Below are positions 60,926-64,000 of a stretch of DNA of 64,000 bases, piece after piece. This DNA comes from an uncultured Coprobacillus sp. (GTDB lineage Bacteria > Bacillota_I > Bacilli_A > RFN20 > CAG-826): assembly GCA_964583155.1 (NCBI GenBank), contig CAZOUY010000003.1, positions 22,150 through 86,149 of the forward strand. The letters run 5' to 3'. Below the pieces are notes generated by a model that was not told where the DNA came from, did not search any database, and saw only the letters and a list, made by a program, of their open reading frames with translations. Position 1 is the first letter of the stretch, and the number at the start of each line of letters is the position of its first letter. The position numbers and the translations under genes were made by a program.

Positions 60926-61198
60926 CTATGAAGGAAGGTGAGGTTTTAGCACTTGCATGGAAATGATTTCATACATATCACCAGTATTTTGCTTTAATGA
61001 TGTTTCCGGTAAAGAAAGCACCCGAACAATTATTTCTTTATTTCCTAATTGAATTCTGATAATATCACCGATTTTAATTTCTTTTGATGGCTTAGCTAAT
61101 TGGTCATTAACATATACCTTGTCGCGGTCAATTACTTCTTTGGCAATACTTCTTCTTTTAATCAAGCGCGAAATTTTCAGAAACTTATCTAAACGCAT
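60926..61198 (-). CDS. yabO: S4-domain RNA-binding protein YabO (Hsp15-like)
   Basis: 90 aa, MRLDKFLKISRLIKRRSIAKEVIDRDKVYVNDQLAKPSKEIKIGDII, an S4 fold. Confidence 0.8.
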   Translation of the reverse strand: MRLDKFLKISRLIKRRSIAKEVIDRDKVYVNDQLAKPSKEIKIGDIIRIQLGNKEIIVRVLSLPETSLKQNTGDMYEIISMQVLKPHLPS

Positions 61199-61226
61199 CG
61201 CTGTTTTCTCCCTTTGCCTTATTTTA

Positions 61227-61748
61227 TCATACTTTTAGAATAGTCGTTAATAAATTCCGAAAAGCGTGGATGATTCGTACATTTTCTTCTGATAAATTAC
61301 CCTCATGAAGCACGATCAATCCACCCAATATTTCACTGTTATATGCCAAAGGAAACATTGTGAATTGATATTTGCTTCCTTGAGACACAATCATTTCATT
61401 ATTAGCGGTATAATTCTTCCGTTCAAATAGACGATTAAATAGGCCTTGATCGATTTCGATTCCTTCTTGTAGCTCTGAATTCGCATCATCGCTTTTAGTC
61501 AAAATCGTCCCATCGCGGACAACGATCACGGGATGATGGATCTCTTTCGCTAAGGTTAAAACGATATTGGTAACCGAATCATAATTATTCATAAAAGCAT
61601 TGTATTTTTGAATTTCGATGATCCCATTAGGATTAATACCTATCTCCAATCGATCACCTTCATTAATGCGAAGACGTGATCTAATACCCTTTGGAATCAC
61701 AATTCTTCCCAATTCATCAATTCTTCTAATTGCGCCAATTTGATTCAT
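61227..61748 (-). CDS. spoVT: stage V sporulation protein T (AbrB-type swapped-hairpin DNA-binding + GAF)
   Basis: 173 aa. ...IGAIRRIDELGRIVIPKGIRSRLRINEGDRLEI... AbrB/MazE N-domain plus a C-terminal GAF-sized domain. Follows mfd as in B. subtilis. Confidence 0.8.
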   Translation of the reverse strand: MNQIGAIRRIDELGRIVIPKGIRSRLRINEGDRLEIGINPNGIIEIQKYNAFMNNYDSVTNIVLTLAKEIHHPVIVVRDGTILTKSDDANSELQEGIEIDQGLFNRLFERKNYTANNEMIVSQGSKYQFTMFPLAYNSEILGGLIVLHEGNLSEENVRIIHAFRNLLTTILKV

Positions 61749-61783
61749 CTTTTAACACCTCATCTTTTAGTATGAGGCATTTT

Positions 61784-64000
61784 TTAATTCTCATTATAAG
61801 GTTTTAAAACTTCAATGATTTTTTCTAAAAATTGTACAAATCGCTCAAGCCATTCGCCCTTTTTATAAAATACCATCCTTAATTCGAAATTATTGAAAGT
61901 AACTTTAATCGTCGATAAGAATGAACTCAAGCCACGGAAAAGCTGCATGCCAATGCCATCAATTCGCGAATATAAGGGACTGATTTTTAAAGTAATCGCG
62001 TCTTTATTTTCTTTCATATCGCTAAAATAGTTTTCCTGCAAATAAAAATCAATTTTCCTTTTAAGGAAAAGTCGTACTACCTCTTGTGGAATGCGACCAT
62101 AGATGTCACGTGTTTTATGACGAAGCTGTTCTAAACTTGCAAGATCGGCTGTACTTTCTATTTCTTGATATAGTTCGATTTTATCACTATCGGAAGCATA
62201 TTCACTGGGAATATATGCATCGATGGTAAGTGTTTTTGGCGGCTGAGGCTCCGCAAGGACATCCTCTTTTTTCTGCTTATTTTGCACTACTTCATTCAAT
62301 AATTGCAAATACATATCAATACCAACTGTATCGATAAAGCCCGCCTGTTCCGCGCCTAAAATATCGCCTGCTCCACGAATCATAAGGTCGCGCTGCGCAA
62401 TACGATAACCGCTTCCTAATTCTGTAAATTCTTGAATCGCCCTTAATCTTTTTTGAGCAATCTCGGTTAATTCTTTATTTTGTCTATACATGAGATAAGC
62501 ATAAGCAATACGATTTCCACGTCCAACTCGGCCCTTAATTTGATAGAGCTGCGATAATCCGAAATGGTCGGCGTTTTCAATAATCATCATGTTTGCATTA
62601 GCGATATCAATACCGATTTCAATGATGGAGGTGCATATTAAAACATCGATTTCAGCATGATAAAACTGGAGCATTGTGTCCTCAATAATATCTCTATCCA
62701 TCTGTCCATGAACGACACCTATGCGGGCTTTGGGCACCATCGCCTGTATTTTTCGAGCGGTTTGATAGATTGTTGACACTTGATTATGCAAATAAAAGAC
62801 TTGCCCTTGCCTCGCTAATTCTCTTTCAATAAGCTCCTTCACCACAGTGTCCTTTTGAGGAATCACATAGGTTTGAATCGGCATGCGGTTGATAGGAGGT
62901 GTATTAAGCTGCGAAAATTGCCTGATGCCGACTAAAGACATTTGCAAAGTGCGTGGAATGGGGGTTGCGGTCAACGTCAAAACATCGATATTCTTTTTTA
63001 TTTTCTTGATCTCCTCTTTTTGTTTCACTCCAAATCTTTGTTCTTCATCGATTATTAAAAAGCCAAGATCAAAGAATTCTACTTCTTTAGAAAGAATCCG
63101 ATGAGTGCCGATAACTAAATGTATCTCTCCGGTTTTGATCTTCTCTATATAGTTCTTTTGGGTTTTATCAGGCACTAATCGCGATAAAATCGCTATTTTA
63201 ACGCCAAAAGGCCCAAATCTCTCCAAGGCTCTTTCATAATGCTGACGAGCAAGCAATGTCGTTGGGCAAAGAAGCGCCACCTGCTTACCGCTTAAAATAG
63301 CCTTAAAGGCCGCTCGGAAAGCAATTTCGGTCTTGCCAAAACCGACATCTCCGCATAGTAAACGATCCATAGGAAACGGCTTTTCCATATCCTCTTTGAT
63401 CTCAATTAGCGATTGAGCCTGATCCTTGGTTAATTCAAAAGGAAACTGCGCCTCGAAGGTTCGTTGAAAATCATCATCTTGATTAAAAGCAAAGCCTTTA
63501 ATCGCACTTCTTTCCGCATAAAGCTTGATGAGGCCTTCCGCAATATCATTCACACGATCCCGGATTTTGCGTTTGGTCTTTTCCCATTCGGTCGATCCTA
63601 GGTGATTAAGTTTAGGACAGATTCCTTCCTTACCCACAAATTTTCGCACCAATTTAAATTGATCAAGCGGTACATATAAAACATCGGTTCCGGCATATTT
63701 TATATGCAAGTAGTCACGATGAACGCCATCTACTTCTAAGGTAATGATTCCGATAAATTGACCAATGCCGTTTTGCTCATGAACCACATAATCGCCGGGC
63801 GTTAAATCTTCAAATGATTTCAAAATAACCGCTTCTTTATAACGATTCAAAAACCGCGACATCCGATTGCGATAACCGAATAATTCATGGCTTGTTAAAA
63901 CGACTATGCTCTCATCGACCAATTCAAATCCGGCTTCGATAGGATAGACCATGAGACCTATTTTGACTTTGGGAAGACTATTCGTAATTATTTCATATGG
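61784..64000 (-). CDS. mfd: transcription-repair coupling factor Mfd (3' ~740 codons; N-terminus beyond window)
   Basis: Helicase motif I LLCGDVGFGKTEIA. DEEQRFG. C-terminal TRCF domain. The frame is open to the window edge. Confidence 0.9.
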   Translation of the reverse strand, partial: PYEIITNSLPKVKIGLMVYPIEAGFELVDESIVVLTSHELFGYRNRMSRFLNRYKEAVILKSFEDLTPGDYVVHEQNGIGQFIGIITLEVDGVHRDYLHIKYAGTDVLYVPLDQFKLVRKFVGKEGICPKLNHLGSTEWEKTKRKIRDRVNDIAEGLIKLYAERSAIKGFAFNQDDDFQRTFEAQFPFELTKDQAQSLIEIKEDMEKPFPMDRLLCGDVGFGKTEIAFRAAFKAILSGKQVALLCPTTLLARQHYERALERFGPFGVKIAILSRLVPDKTQKNYIEKIKTGEIHLVIGTHRILSKEVEFFDLGFLIIDEEQRFGVKQKEEIKKIKKNIDVLTLTATPIPRTLQMSLVGIRQFSQLNTPPINRMPIQTYVIPQKDTVVKELIERELARQGQVFYLHNQVSTIYQTARKIQAMVPKARIGVVHGQMDRDIIEDTMLQFYHAEIDVLICTSIIEIGIDIANANMMIIENADHFGLSQLYQIKGRVGRGNRIAYAYLMYRQNKELTEIAQKRLRAIQEFTELGSGYRIAQRDLMIRGAGDILGAEQAGFIDTVGIDMYLQLLNEVVQNKQKKEDVLAEPQPPKTLTIDAYIPSEYASDSDKIELYQEIESTADLASLEQLRHKTRDIYGRIPQEVVRLFLKRKIDFYLQENYFSDMKENKDAITLKISPLYSRIDGIGMQLFRGLSSFLSTIKVTFNNFELRMVFYKKGEWLERFVQFLEKIIEVLKPYNEN

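Overview
Low-GC Bacillota chromosome segment (protein homologies and B. subtilis-like synteny; lineage not resolved, GC roughly 35-40% by eye). Nearly all of it is core genome on the minus strand. The listed antisense ORFs inside these genes are shadow ORFs. No CRISPR array, transposase, integrase or rRNA was found.

Contents by region:
- 1-14.4 kb: the rplQ-rpoA-rpsK-rpsM-rpmJ-infA-map-adk-secY-rplO-rpsE-...-rpsJ S10/spc/alpha ribosomal cluster. The 38-aa rpmJ is absent from the ORF track and was found by hand translation. rpmD (L30) is genuinely absent.
- 14.7-17.5 kb: queH-queA-tgt queuosine genes.
- 17.6-21.7 kb: a small accessory patch: a DUF1836-like gene, a large polytopic Wzy_C/O-antigen-ligase-like membrane protein, a GT-D (DUF1792) glycosyltransferase with its own consensus sigma-A promoter, and a lone AAA_21-type ATPase.
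- 21.8-27.4 kb: pepT, yebC, an esterase, an aldo-keto reductase, a VOC protein and a NUDIX hydrolase.
- 27.68-28.06 kb: a tmRNA (ssrA) with no attached island.
- 28.1-29.3 kb: sdaA.
- 29.5-33.4 kb: a plus-strand trio of unknown membrane proteins ending in a LemA-family protein.
- 33.5-39.1 kb: a PNPOx-like protein, a degenerate UDP-glucose-dehydrogenase-like protein coupled to a small unknown ORF, a Cof-type HAD phosphatase and an ABC ATPase/permease pair.
- 39.2-46.6 kb: rlmH, a YycJ-like MBL hydrolase, dnaB, rplI, gdpP, yybS, rpsR, ssb, rpsF. This is the B. subtilis order without walRK.
- 46.7-64 kb: a Clp ATPase lacking an M-domain, tcdA, malY/patB, a DUF3737 protein, lysS, dusB, ftsH, tilS, then the sporulation-associated block spoIIE-divIC-yabQ-yabP-yabO-spoVT-mfd (mfd is partial at the window edge).

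The most likely genuinely uncharacterised candidates are the lone ATPase, the GT-D/Wzy_C module, the LemA trio and the pseudo-dehydrogenase pair. None can be assigned a function from sequence alone.
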